A DNA stretch of 64,000 nucleotides from the NCBI GenBank assembly GCA_034722055.1, contig JAYENL010000243.1:3059-67058 (forward strand), given 5' to 3'. Positions 46,844 through 56,104 of the stretch are shown here, one piece after another; position 1 is the first letter of the stretch; each line of letters begins with the position of its first letter. Position numbers and translations under genes: made by a program. The stretch is from Armatimonadota bacterium. Its GTDB lineage: Bacteria; Armatimonadota; Zipacnadia; Zipacnadales; UBA5352. The notes beneath the pieces are model-generated. The model was not told where the DNA came from. It was given only the letters and a program-made list of their open reading frames with translations, and made no database searches.

Positions 46844-48007
46844 TTACTGCTGCCGGCCCAGCCTGACCAGCTCCGGCCAGGTCATGGTGCGGCTCTCGCC
46901 GGAGCCGACGTCATCGAGCACCACCATGCGATCGGTGCAGGAGAAGCATGGGTCGATCGACATGAAGGCGATGGGGATGTCGGCGACGTAGCCGCCGGTG
47001 ACCATCTCCATCGCCGCCGGAAGGTTGGCGAGGGTCGGCGTGCGGATCTTTACGCGCACCGGCACGTCGGAGCCGTCACTGCGCACGTAGTAGATCAGCT
47101 CCCCGCGCTGCGCCTCCACCCGCGCGGTGGCCTCTCCCTCCGGGACTCTCCTGGGGAACCTGGCCTGGATCTCGCCGTCCGGCATCTGGTCGAGGGCCTG
47201 CAAGCTAATATCGCAGGCCTCGACGACCTCCTGCACGCGCACCAGCGTCCGGCCCAGAACGTCGCACAGCTCCGAGGTGTAAACCTGCCAGTCCACCTGG
47301 TCGTACTGCAGATACGGGAACTCCGTGCGGATGTCGAAGCTGATTCCCGATGCCCGCAGCGTCGGCCCGGCCGCGCCCAGCTCCCGGCAGCGGTCGCCGG
47401 AGATCGTGCCCACATCTCTGACACGCTTGAGGAAGGTGGCCTCGGTGGTGCAGATGTCGGCGTAGTACTCCGCACGCTCCCGCAGAATCTGCAGGCCCTC
47501 GCGGATGCGGGCCTCCATCTCCGGGGTGATGTCATAGCGCACCCCGCCGAGGGTGGTCATGGCGTAGTGCCCCCGATTGCCCGAGACCATCTCCAGGATG
47601 TCCTGGATGATCTCCCGATCCCGCCACACGTACATCAACAGGGACTCGAAGCCGACCTCGTAGCCCGACACCCCCAGCCACAGCAGATGGCTGTGGATGC
47701 GCTCGAACTCGTGCACTATCATTCGGATGTACTGGGCGCGCACAGGCACCTCCACCTCGGTCAGCTTCTCCACCGCCATGCAGTAGGCCAGGGTATGGGC
47801 GTTGGAGCAGATCCCGCACACGCGCTCACACAGGTAAAGGTCCTGGACGTAGTTGCGCTCCGAACAGCTTCGCTCAATGGAACGGTGCACGTATCCGAGC
47901 CTGATGTCCGCGTCCACCACCAGCTCACCATCGACGCTGAAGCGCAGGTTCTCGGGCTCCTTCAGTGCAGGGTGCTGGGGGCCGACGGGGAACGAGAGCT
48001 TAGCCAT
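46844..48007 (-). CDS. [NiFe]-hydrogenase large subunit, group 4 (NuoD homologue retaining all four Ni-Fe cysteine ligands)
   Basis: L1 motif ERVCGICSNAHTLAY and L2 motif SIDPCFSCTDR, followed by a ~27-aa C-terminal tail. Start MAKLSFPVGPQHP overlaps the upstream stop by 8 nt (ATGGCTAA). SD GGAGGA. Confidence 0.8.
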   Translation of the reverse strand: MAKLSFPVGPQHPALKEPENLRFSVDGELVVDADIRLGYVHRSIERSCSERNYVQDLYLCERVCGICSNAHTLAYCMAVEKLTEVEVPVRAQYIRMIVHEFERIHSHLLWLGVSGYEVGFESLLMYVWRDREIIQDILEMVSGNRGHYAMTTLGGVRYDITPEMEARIREGLQILRERAEYYADICTTEATFLKRVRDVGTISGDRCRELGAAGPTLRASGISFDIRTEFPYLQYDQVDWQVYTSELCDVLGRTLVRVQEVVEACDISLQALDQMPDGEIQARFPRRVPEGEATARVEAQRGELIYYVRSDGSDVPVRVKIRTPTLANLPAAMEMVTGGYVADIPIAFMSIDPCFSCTDRMVVLDDVGSGESRTMTWPELVRLGRQQ

Positions 48008-48473
48008 TGTCCTCCTCGTCCTCACGGTCCGTGGGGCGCTCATCACGCCGCAACGGATAGTCGCCCTCCGGCCAGTCCTCCGGCAGCACCAGCCTGCGAG
48101 GGTCGGGGTGACCGATCATCTCCACTCCCAGCATCTCGGCGACCTCGCGCTCGTACAGCACGGCCGCGGGCACCAGAGGCGTGATGGAGTCGATCTCGTC
48201 AACGCCCTTGTCCACCGCGGCCCGCACGTTCAGGGCCAGCCCGCCGGTGACGAAATGATACAGCACCTCGATCTGCCGGCCGGTGTCAACACCGGTGATG
48301 GTAGACAGGTAAACCGGCGCCCAGGTGTCTATGATGAACCGGGCCATTCCCCGCACGTCCTCGGGCGGCACCCCCACCCACGCATCCACCTCCGAGGTCG
48401 CCTCCGCCTCCGTCAGCTCACCATCGTACTCGGCCTGGATCCGCTCGACCAGCTCGCTGGCAGTCACAGCCAT
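48000..48473 (-). CDS. NuoC/MbhK-like 30-kDa subunit
   Basis: …ITGVDTGRQIEVLYHF…LYEREVAEMLGVEMIGHPDPRRLVLPEDW…. Confidence 0.8.
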   Translation of the reverse strand: MAVTASELVERIQAEYDGELTEAEATSEVDAWVGVPPEDVRGMARFIIDTWAPVYLSTITGVDTGRQIEVLYHFVTGGLALNVRAAVDKGVDEIDSITPLVPAAVLYEREVAEMLGVEMIGHPDPRRLVLPEDWPEGDYPLRRDERPTDREDEEDNG

Positions 48474-48496
48474 CGGTTCTCCTTGCGACGCAGTCC

Positions 48497-49033
48497 CTAG
48501 TGCCCGGCCTCCTCGAGGTGGTCGCGCTGCTGGGCCATCTCCTCCGGCGTGTAGATGAGCCCGGCGGTGTCCCGGGTGGCCTCGATCCTCTCCACCAGCC
48601 TCCGGGCCTGGGGGTCGAGGGCGGCCAGGAGCTTGAGGACCCCGTAGGAGATGGCATCCGGCCGGGCGGGGCAGCCGGGCACGTACATGTCCACGGGGAT
48701 GGCCGCGTCCACGCCGCCCAGCACGTTGTAGCCGGGGTAGTACGGGCTGCCCGAGATGCCGCAGGTGCCCACACAGACTACGAACTTGGGCTCCGCCATC
48801 TGCTCGTAGACCCGCACCACACGGTCCTTGATCTGCCGGGTCACCGGCCCGGTGGCCAGCAGCAGATCGGCGTGTCGGGGACTGCCCTCCAGCAGCACCC
48901 CGAAGCGCTCCAGATCGAATCGGGGCATCAGCGCCGCCACGATCTCTATGTCACAGCCGTTACAGGACCCGCAGTTGAGATGGCAGATCCAGGGGCTCTT
49001 CCCCCGCGCCCATTTCAAGACTCCGCTCCACAT
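48497..49033 (-). CDS. Hydrogenase small subunit / NuoB-like (proximal [4Fe-4S] cluster subunit)
   Basis: CHLNCGSCNGCDIE…VVCVGTCGISGSPYY…YVPGCPARPD (four Cys ligating the N2-type cluster). Confidence 0.85.
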   Translation of the reverse strand: MWSGVLKWARGKSPWICHLNCGSCNGCDIEIVAALMPRFDLERFGVLLEGSPRHADLLLATGPVTRQIKDRVVRVYEQMAEPKFVVCVGTCGISGSPYYPGYNVLGGVDAAIPVDMYVPGCPARPDAISYGVLKLLAALDPQARRLVERIEATRDTAGLIYTPEEMAQQRDHLEEAGH

Positions 49034-49091
49034 GCTGATTATCCTCTGTCCCCGAGGCCGACGGCCGTCGATCCAGCGCGCCCCCTCGCGC

Positions 49092-49433
49092 TTAATCCTT
49101 GAACAGAATCACAATCGCTACCAGGCCCACCACGATGTAGGCGCCAAGCAGCCACAGCAGCGCCGTCCTGGCGACCGTCCCGATGACCAGCGCCACCACG
49201 TCGAGCAGCGTGAAGATGAAGGCCGCGTGGAACAGGTGGTAGGCGGTCGGGAATGCGTCCGCCTCCAGGTGCTCTCCGCAGGCGTAGGTCTCGAGCTTCC
49301 CGCCCACCACCCGCGAGGCGGGAGCCACCGCCCGACCCAGGGCGTACAGCAGCAGCCCGCATACCACGCTCAGCCCGAAGACCGTCACGGGATGATACAG
49401 CACTCCGGATGCCGTCATACGTGCGCCCTCCAT
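49092..49433 (-). CDS. NuoA/MbhI-like small membrane subunit
   Basis: Three TM helices and a KLETYACG motif resembling the NuoA YECG motif. Confidence 0.7.
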   Translation of the reverse strand: MEGARMTASGVLYHPVTVFGLSVVCGLLLYALGRAVAPASRVVGGKLETYACGEHLEADAFPTAYHLFHAAFIFTLLDVVALVIGTVARTALLWLLGAYIVVGLVAIVILFKD

Positions 49434-49512
49434 CCGGCCCCGGCGCCGCCTCTAGGACACCGCCGTCGAAGGTAAAGTTCACCGATATGGTTGAGTTCGC
49501 CTGACGCCATCC

Positions 49513-50997
49513 CTACAACCCCGCAATCATGGCCACGAGCTGCTCGGCAGCCGGGTCCACGAGCTCCAGTCCAATCTGCGGATACACTCCCAGCAGCACC
49601 GAGGCGGCAGCCAGCACCACGATGGGCAAGGCGATCAGGAAGGGCAGGGGGCTGACCGTCCTGCGCTCATCGGGCTCCGGGCCGAAGACGACGGTGTTCA
49701 CCGCGCCAAGGTAGTAGAAGAGCGATATGACGCTGTTGAGGACCAGCATCGCGGCCATGAAGATGCCCCAGCCGCCCACGTCGGCGCCGGCCCTCACCAG
49801 CAGCAGCTTGCTGAAGAAGCCGTTGAACGGCGGCGTGCCCGCCAGCGCCAGCGCGAAGATCAACAGGCACACCGCCACCACGGGGAAGCGGCGGCCGATG
49901 CCCGACAGCTTGCGCATGTCGCGGGTCCCCAGCAGGAACAGGAAGGCGCCCGCACACAGAAAGGCGCCGCCCTTCATAATGGCGTGGTTGAGGATGTGAT
50001 ACAGCGCGCCCCGCATCCCGCTGTAGGCCGCCAGCGTCGGGAAGCCCAGGGCCAGCCCCACGCCCATGAAGATGTAGCCCATCTGGGCCACCGACGAGTA
50101 GGCGAACATGCGCTTGAGGTCGTTCTGCCGCAGCGCCACCAGGTTGCCCACGAACATGGTGAGCAGCGCCAGGATGACCAGCAACATGCCGGTCTGGATG
50201 GCGCTGATGGCGATGAGCACCTTCACCATGGCGATCAGCCCGGCCTCGATGACGATGCCCGAGAGCATCGCGGAGATGCCGCTGGGGGCGGCGGAGTGGG
50301 CGTCGGGCAGCCAGGTGTGCATGGGCACGATGGCCGCCTTCACGCCGAAGCCCGCCAGAATCATGGCCGTCAGGGCCATCATGGGGCTGGTATCCAGGCG
50401 CTCCGCCAGCAGTCCCGGGATCTTCACCAGGTCCAGGCTTCCGCTGTAGGTGAAGATGATGGCGATTGCCAGCAGGGCCAGCAGCGAGCCGGTGGTGCTG
50501 ATGACCAGGTACTTCACACCGGCCTCCACCGGCTCCCACTCGTCGCGCTCGAAGGCCACCAGCACGTAGCTGGCCACGCTCATGACCTCGAAGACCACGT
50601 AGAGCGTGAAGAGGTCCCCAGCGAAGCCGATCCCAACGATCCCGGCGGTCATGATCAGCAGCAGGGCGTAGAACTTGCCGATGTTGCGCCGGTGCATGTA
50701 GCGCATGGAGTAGATGGCCACCAGCGCCGACAGCATCAGCGTGGTCGTGGCCAGGAAGACCCCCAGGTGATTGCCGGTGAGATAGCTCTCGAAGGGATGC
50801 ACCGCCCGGGAGCCCGGCCAGCCGACCGTCATGTCCTGTCCCAGGATGCCCCACACCTGGTAGACGGCGTGCCCCGCGCCCACCACCGCCAGGAAGGCCA
50901 CCAGCCCGGTCAGCATTCGGCTCCGCGACAGCCGCCCCACAACGTAGGCAGACAGGGCGCCGCCGGAGAGAATCACTATGGGAAGCAGCACTTCCAT
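49513..50997 (-). CDS. Antiporter-like subunit (NuoN/NuoM/MrpD family)
   Basis: About 14 TM helices. Proton-antiporter-M signature …TWLPDAHSAAPSGISAMLSGIVIEAGLIAM…. Confidence 0.8.
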   Translation of the reverse strand: MEVLLPIVILSGGALSAYVVGRLSRSRMLTGLVAFLAVVGAGHAVYQVWGILGQDMTVGWPGSRAVHPFESYLTGNHLGVFLATTTLMLSALVAIYSMRYMHRRNIGKFYALLLIMTAGIVGIGFAGDLFTLYVVFEVMSVASYVLVAFERDEWEPVEAGVKYLVISTTGSLLALLAIAIIFTYSGSLDLVKIPGLLAERLDTSPMMALTAMILAGFGVKAAIVPMHTWLPDAHSAAPSGISAMLSGIVIEAGLIAMVKVLIAISAIQTGMLLVILALLTMFVGNLVALRQNDLKRMFAYSSVAQMGYIFMGVGLALGFPTLAAYSGMRGALYHILNHAIMKGGAFLCAGAFLFLLGTRDMRKLSGIGRRFPVVAVCLLIFALALAGTPPFNGFFSKLLLVRAGADVGGWGIFMAAMLVLNSVISLFYYLGAVNTVVFGPEPDERRTVSPLPFLIALPIVVLAAASVLLGVYPQIGLELVDPAAEQLVAMIAGL

Positions 50998-51001
50998 GAC
51001 T

Positions 51002-52732
51002 CTATCCCCAGCCCAGCCACATCAGCAGGACGGCCACGAAGCCGATGGCCAGCCACAGGCTGTTGTAGTTGAGATCGCCGGTCTGGCAGAGGCTGATCAG
51101 GGACGCCACCGCCCGCATCATCACCGCCCAGAAGCCCCAGAACCAGTCGAAGAGGCCCTTGGTGTCGGTCAGCAGGTCCGCCCACATCTGGGGCCCCTCC
51201 GGCACCGGAGGCTGTGTTCGTGACCACCGCACGCCCAGCCACACCAGGATCAGCACCACCACCGCACCCACGGTGATCATTGGGCTTATGAAGGTGTGGC
51301 GGCACAGCTCCCCGAGCCCGATGCGCGGCACGCTGTGGAAGGGAAGCTGCAGACCGAGAGCGCTGGAGTAGCCGCCGACGTAGAGCCACGAGAGCAGCGT
51401 GCCTGCCGCCAGCGCCACCAGCGGGCTTGTCATCTCCCATGGGGACTCATGCGGCTCGGCCTCCCGTCGCGGCTCGGCCTGAAAGGTCAGCCAGTACATG
51501 CGCCAGGAGTAGATCGCGGTCAGGAAGGCGGTGACGATGAGGATGGTAAGCGGGCCGGTAAGCCCCTTCTGTAGCAGGGCCTCGAAGATGGCGTCCTTGG
51601 ACCAGAAGCCGTTGAGCAGCGGCACCCCGGCCAGCGCGAGGGTCCCGATGAGGAATGTCCAGTGCGTGACCGGCATGGAGCGTCTCAGCCCACCCATGCG
51701 GTACATGTTGTTGGTGTGTACCGAATGGATGACCGAGCCGGCGCACAGGAACAGGAGGGCCTTGAAGATGGCGTGGTTGAGCAGATGGAACTGGCTGGCG
51801 AAGACGCTGGCGGCGCCCACGCCGGCCATCATGTAGCCGAGCTGTGAGATGGTGGAGAACGCCAGCACGCGCTTGATGTCCCTCTCCATCAGGGCCAGGA
51901 TGGCCGTGAGCACCGCGCTGATGGCGCCGATCCAGGCCAGCGCCGGCAGCCACCATGCCACGTACTCGAACAGCGGCATGGTGCGGGCAGTCAGATACAC
52001 GCCCGCGTTGACCAGCGTGGCGGCGTGAATCAGGGCGCTGATGGTGGTGGGGGCCTCCATGGCGTCCGGCAGCCACACATGCAGCGGGAACTGCGCCGAC
52101 TTGCCCACCGCCCCGGCGATGAAGCCCGCCCCGGCAATCGCCAGCAGCCCCATGGGGATCTCCCCGCCCGCCGCAGCCGTGATGGTCTCCGTGATGCTAA
52201 AGGGGTTGTCCGAGCCGATCCGGCTCATCGCCGACCACAGCACCACCACGCCTATCAGCAGGCCGATATCGCCGAAGCGGGTGACGATGAAGGCCTTGGT
52301 CCCGGCCCGCCGCGCCCTCTCCCGCCGATACTCGTAGGCGATCAGAGCGAAGGAGCAGAAGCCGATGATCTCCCAGAAGATGTAGAGCACCAGGAAGTTA
52401 TCCGACAGCGCCAGGGCGATCATGGAGCCAACGAACAGCAGCGTCAGGAAGTAGTAGCGCGTGGGCGCGTACTGCTCCTCCAGCGGCTCCATGTATCTGA
52501 TGGAGTAGAGGAGCGCCAGGGCTCCGATGCAGCCCGCGATGGCGGCCACGTAGACGCCGATGCCGGTGAGCTGCAGGGCGATCTGGGCCTTGAGGTCCGG
52601 GATCCACCAGACGCTGGCCGGGGCCTCCTGCCCGCCGGCGGCGAGCACCAGAGCCACCGTCAGGCCGGCGGTCACGAAGCCGACGGCCACGGTGTACCAC
52701 TTCATCAGCCACTCGTTAACGCGTCCCAGCAC
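51002..52732 (-). CDS. Antiporter-like subunit (NuoL/MrpA family)
   Basis: …VWLPDAMEAPTTISALIHAATLVNAGVYL…NHAIFKALLFLCAGSVIH…. The start may be M10 (52705). Confidence 0.8.
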   Translation of the reverse strand: MLGRVNEWLMKWYTVAVGFVTAGLTVALVLAAGGQEAPASVWWIPDLKAQIALQLTGIGVYVAAIAGCIGALALLYSIRYMEPLEEQYAPTRYYFLTLLFVGSMIALALSDNFLVLYIFWEIIGFCSFALIAYEYRRERARRAGTKAFIVTRFGDIGLLIGVVVLWSAMSRIGSDNPFSITETITAAAGGEIPMGLLAIAGAGFIAGAVGKSAQFPLHVWLPDAMEAPTTISALIHAATLVNAGVYLTARTMPLFEYVAWWLPALAWIGAISAVLTAILALMERDIKRVLAFSTISQLGYMMAGVGAASVFASQFHLLNHAIFKALLFLCAGSVIHSVHTNNMYRMGGLRRSMPVTHWTFLIGTLALAGVPLLNGFWSKDAIFEALLQKGLTGPLTILIVTAFLTAIYSWRMYWLTFQAEPRREAEPHESPWEMTSPLVALAAGTLLSWLYVGGYSSALGLQLPFHSVPRIGLGELCRHTFISPMITVGAVVVLILVWLGVRWSRTQPPVPEGPQMWADLLTDTKGLFDWFWGFWAVMMRAVASLISLCQTGDLNYNSLWLAIGFVAVLLMWLGWG

Positions 52733-52804
52733 CGGAACGAGCAGGCAGCCGCCAAGCGGGATGATGACCGTCAGCAGTGCCAGCAGCTCAGTGGACGTAG
52801 CACC

Positions 52805-53101
52805 TCACCCCTTCAGCCGCCTCAGAGCCGTGATGCTCAGGCTCCGGTTGTGGTGATAGGCGGCAACCACCAGGGAGAGTGCGATTGCCACGGTGACGGC
52901 CTCAATGAGGATGCTGGTGATGACTACGGCCTGGGCGGCGGACATGCTCCCGGTCTGGGCGCCGCCGATGATGAACACCAGGGACACGCCCCGGGCCATG
53001 ACCTCCAGGCCGATGACCAGTTGCAGCAGGTTCGTGCGCGTGATGGTGGCGTAGAGGCCGATGACCAGGAGGGCGATGCCGACGGCCGCGTAGGGACTCA
53101 T
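52805..53101 (-). CDS. NuoK/MrpC-like small membrane subunit
   Basis: Start at internal MSPYAAVGIALLVIGLYATITRTNLLQLVIGLEVMARGVS… (NuoK/MnhC signature). Shares one nucleotide with the upstream stop (TGATG). The upstream 66 codons of the track ORF are discarded. Confidence 0.7.
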   Translation of the reverse strand: MSPYAAVGIALLVIGLYATITRTNLLQLVIGLEVMARGVSLVFIIGGAQTGSMSAAQAVVITSILIEAVTVAIALSLVVAAYHHNRSLSITALRRLKG

Positions 53102-53325
53102 CAGCGCTCTATCCTCTCCTTGGTCAACACCAGCACGCCGAAGGTCCCCGCCAGGATCGCCAGCATCTGACCGATGAGGTCCACCGCGCGGTTGCTCCAG
53201 AGCATCTCCCGGAAGGGCGTGGTCGCCTCCCCCAGGCCCCGGAGCGAGGCCACATCGGAGAGGAAGATCACCGTGAGGCCCACCAGTATGGCAACACACA
53301 GCACGAAGCCGCCGAACCTAGTCAC
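53101..53325 (-). CDS. Small 2-TM membrane subunit (MrpB/MrpG/MbhE-like)
   Basis: 74 aa and hydrophobic. Translationally coupled to the flanking genes by overlaps. Confidence 0.5.
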   Translation of the reverse strand: MTRFGGFVLCVAILVGLTVIFLSDVASLRGLGEATTPFREMLWSNRAVDLIGQMLAILAGTFGVLVLTKERIER

Positions 53326-53605
53326 TCTGCTCCCTCGCCTCCGTGAGCGCGATCACCGCCAGGAACAGCACGGTGATGAAGCCCGCGCAGACGCTCAGCT
53401 CGAACATCGCCGCCCACGGCGCGCCAAAGCGGTAGAACAGCGCCGCCAGGATAGCGGACAGCACCGCCAGCGCCAGCGCGCCCTTGAGCAGGTCCCGCAG
53501 ATGAATCGCCAGGACGGCCAGCACCACGACCAGGCCCAGAGCAACCCAGTCGAGAACCTGGATCGCTTCCATTACACGAACCGCCTCACTTGCCTGCGCC
53601 GCCAC
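53318..53605 (-). CDS. Small 3-TM membrane subunit (MrpF/MbhD-like); first gene of the operon
   Basis: 95 aa with three hydrophobic helices. 8-nt overlap with the next gene. Confidence 0.5.
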   Translation of the reverse strand: MAAQASEAVRVMEAIQVLDWVALGLVVVLAVLAIHLRDLLKGALALAVLSAILAALFYRFGAPWAAMFELSVCAGFITVLFLAVIALTEAREQSD

Positions 53606-53957
53606 GGCGGCGCCGAGCCGGAATTGGCGTGGCTGACACGAGAAGTCTCCATGTCCTGCGGCATGGTGTCACCCCTCAGGCACATGGAGAGCAGCATCCC
53701 GCGTCCCGAGATTGAGTGCTGTCTCTGTGACGGACACGCGCCGCGGGCATTCGCCGGCCGCCGCCCGCGCACCTTCCCGCCGCCCGAAACTGCCCGGCGC
53801 TTCCCCGGCCGGACCAGCGCCGAGTCCTCCGCCACTCTCCCACCCTCACCGGAAGGACGGGGCCCATGCTCCGATGCAGCCGCTACTGGGCACCCTCCTG
53901 CCCAGTGGCAGGAGTTTGCGGATTATGCAGCGTCGCGGTGCCTCTGCTGCTGCCATG

Positions 53958-54035
53958 GAGGGGCCGCCGCGAGCGAAGCGAACGGGGCGCGGTCAGGAGC
54001 AGTAGCGACTGACCGCGCAGGTTCCACCCCGGCCC
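53958..54035 (+). repeat. Partial copy (both ends, shortened middle) of the conserved intergenic repeat
   Basis: ggaggggccgcc…gagcgaagcgaacgggg…gcaggttccaccccggccc. Its 3' end faces the 3' end of the full reverse copy at 54069..54205, forming an inverted pair. Confidence 0.5.
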
Positions 54036-54068
54036 ACGTCTCTTGATTGCGTGAAACGGCAGGCGCCC

Positions 54069-54205
54069 GGGCCGGGGTGGAACCTTCGGCCTGCTCGCTA
54101 CCCTCACAGGCCTCACCGGGCGCTGCACGCCCGGCGGCCCCTCCACCAGGCACCCCCTCATTTCCAACGCAACCAAGCCCCGAGTGTGCTCGTCGTTAAC
54201 CATAC
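54069..54205 (-). repeat. Copy C (reverse orientation) of the ~140-nt conserved intergenic repeat
   Basis: Its reverse complement aligns over about 137 nt with copies A and B, including the hairpin ccgggcgtgcagcgcccgg (U-G wobble). Sits immediately 3' of ackA and about 450 nt 5' of the hydrogenase operon. Confidence 0.6.
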
Positions 54206-54220
54206 GCGGAATTGCCCAAG

Positions 54221-55447
54221 TCAGCACTCCTGCGCCGAGAGCACCTCCATGGTGTCTCGGGCGATCATCAGCTCCTCGTCCGTCTGGATGACCAGCAGGT
54301 GCCCGGGGGCGTCATCCATGCCGATGGGGGCGATGCCGTCGTCGTACTGCAGATCGCTGAGGTTCCTGTCGGGGTCCTCTACGATGCCCAGGTGCTCCAG
54401 GCCCTGCACGCACCAGCGGCGCTGGAGGTGATCGTTCTCGCCAATTCCTCCCGTAAGAACCACGCAGTCGAGTCCCTCCAGGACTGCGGCGTAGGCGCCG
54501 ATGTACTTGCGGACCTTGTAGGCGAACAGGTCCAGGGTCAGCCGGGCCCGGTCATTGCCCCCGGCGGCCGCGGACTGGATGTCTCGCATATCGTTGCTCA
54601 CTCCCGACAGCCCCAGCAGGCCGCTGTGCTTCTGCAGCATGTGGTCGATCTCGTCGAGGCTCATCCCCAGATTCTGGGCCATGTAGAGGACGATCGCCGG
54701 GTCGATGTCCCCACAGCGTGTGCCCATCACCAGGCCCTCCAGCGGCGTGTACCCCATGGTGGTGTCGATGCACTCCCCGGCCTTCACCGCCGCCATGGAA
54801 CAGCCGTTGCCGAGATGGCAGGTGACGATCTTGTGGTCCTCGACGGGGATGCCCTGCTCCTGGAGGTACTGCCCGGCGCGCAGCGAGACGTAGCGGTGGG
54901 AGGTGCCGTGGAAGCCGTAGCGCCGGATGCCGTGCTCAGCGTACATCTCCCAGGGCAGCCCGTAGACGAAGGCGTGCGGGGGCATGGTCTGGTGGAAGGC
55001 GGTGTCGAAGACCGCCACGTGCGGGACGTGGGGCAGCAGCTCGCGTGCCGCCTGAATGCCCAGCAGGTTGGGCGGATTGTGCAGCGGCGCCAGCTCGCCG
55101 AAGCGGTCGATGGCAGCCTCGACGTCCTCGTCGATGAGCACGGAGCTGGCGAACTCCTCGCCGCCGTGCACCACGCGGTGGCCGACCGCATCGATCTCCT
55201 CCAGGGAGCCGATCACCCCGTGTTCGTCGTCAGTCATCACGTCCACGGCCTGCCCCAGAGCGACCCTGTGGTCGGGCATCTCCACGTCCTGCTCGAAGGT
55301 CCGGCCATCGTGGGTCTCGTGCTCGATGTTCGCGCCCTCGGTGCCCAGCCGCTCGCAGAGGCCGTTCGCCAGCGACTGCTCCCTTTCCATGTCGTAGAGC
55401 TCGTACTTGAGGGAAGAGCTGCCACAGTTCACGACCAGAACGTTCAC
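54221..55447 (-). CDS. ackA: Acetate kinase
   Basis: GTG start giving (M)NVLVVNCGSSSLKYELY…, preceded by SD GGAGGT 6 nt upstream. Motifs VHGG, GTSHRY, EVAAGTE-like. The first 75 codons of the track ORF are discarded. Confidence 0.85.
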   Translation of the reverse strand: MNVLVVNCGSSSLKYELYDMEREQSLANGLCERLGTEGANIEHETHDGRTFEQDVEMPDHRVALGQAVDVMTDDEHGVIGSLEEIDAVGHRVVHGGEEFASSVLIDEDVEAAIDRFGELAPLHNPPNLLGIQAARELLPHVPHVAVFDTAFHQTMPPHAFVYGLPWEMYAEHGIRRYGFHGTSHRYVSLRAGQYLQEQGIPVEDHKIVTCHLGNGCSMAAVKAGECIDTTMGYTPLEGLVMGTRCGDIDPAIVLYMAQNLGMSLDEIDHMLQKHSGLLGLSGVSNDMRDIQSAAAGGNDRARLTLDLFAYKVRKYIGAYAAVLEGLDCVVLTGGIGENDHLQRRWCVQGLEHLGIVEDPDRNLSDLQYDDGIAPIGMDDAPGHLLVIQTDEELMIARDTMEVLSAQEC

Positions 55448-55536
55448 TGGACTACCTCCGTGTGGGAACCAGGCACAATCGCAGCCGCCCGTGGCCTGCG
55501 CGCCGCGGCGGCTGCACGTGGTCGGATGGAGTCCGG

Positions 55537-56037
55537 CTACGGCTGGTGTAGCTCCGGCTCCTCCGGCTCGCGTTCGGGTTGTTGGGCCAGCAGCATCTTC
55601 TTCGTCTTCTGGACGGTGGCCTGGATGCGGTCGGTGTAGTTCTCCAATCGCTCCACGATCCCGCGGGCCCACGCCTCGGCCTCGGAGCGAATGTGGTCAG
55701 CCTCCACCTCGGCCTCCTCGATGATGTTCTCGGCCTTGGCCTCGGCCTGTTTGACGAGCTCGTCGTTGGAGGTCATGAGCTGGGCCTGCTCGCGGGCGGC
55801 CTCAATGATCTTGGCGCGCTGCTCGTGGGCCTCCTCCAGGATGCGGTCGCGATCGCGGGCGAGCTGGTCGGCCTCCGTCATCTCCCGGGGCAGCGCCTCG
55901 TCAATTGCGTTGACCAAGTCGTAGAGATCATCGGCGTTGATGACGGTCTTCCCCATCAGCGGCGGGAAGTGCGTGTACCACTTCTCGCCGTCGTGAGCCA
56001 TCTCCCTGAGCTCGTCGAGCAGTCGTAAGATCTCCAT
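55537..56037 (-). CDS. Hypothetical coiled-coil protein (Glu/Ala/Arg-rich)
   Basis: 166-aa ORF of protein-like composition with heptad-like EEAHEQRAKIIEAAREQAQLM…AEAKAENIIEEAEVEADHIRSEAEAWARG. No family assigned. Confidence 0.5.
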   Translation of the reverse strand: MEILRLLDELREMAHDGEKWYTHFPPLMGKTVINADDLYDLVNAIDEALPREMTEADQLARDRDRILEEAHEQRAKIIEAAREQAQLMTSNDELVKQAEAKAENIIEEAEVEADHIRSEAEAWARGIVERLENYTDRIQATVQKTKKMLLAQQPEREPEEPELHQP

Positions 56038-56104
56038 CAGGTGACCTCCCTGCGCGCGCAGTCACCGCGATTGGGCCGTGACGCTGTCCGGCGGCCGGGC
56101 CTCA

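Noticed and set aside
46844-48007. Reading the NuoD homologue as ordinary NADH dehydrogenase subunit D (complex I)
   Set aside because: Both Ni-Fe ligating motifs (RVCGICSNAH and DPCFSCTDR) are intact and NuoEFG are absent. Complex I NuoD lacks these cysteines, so a group-4 hydrogenase is the better reading.
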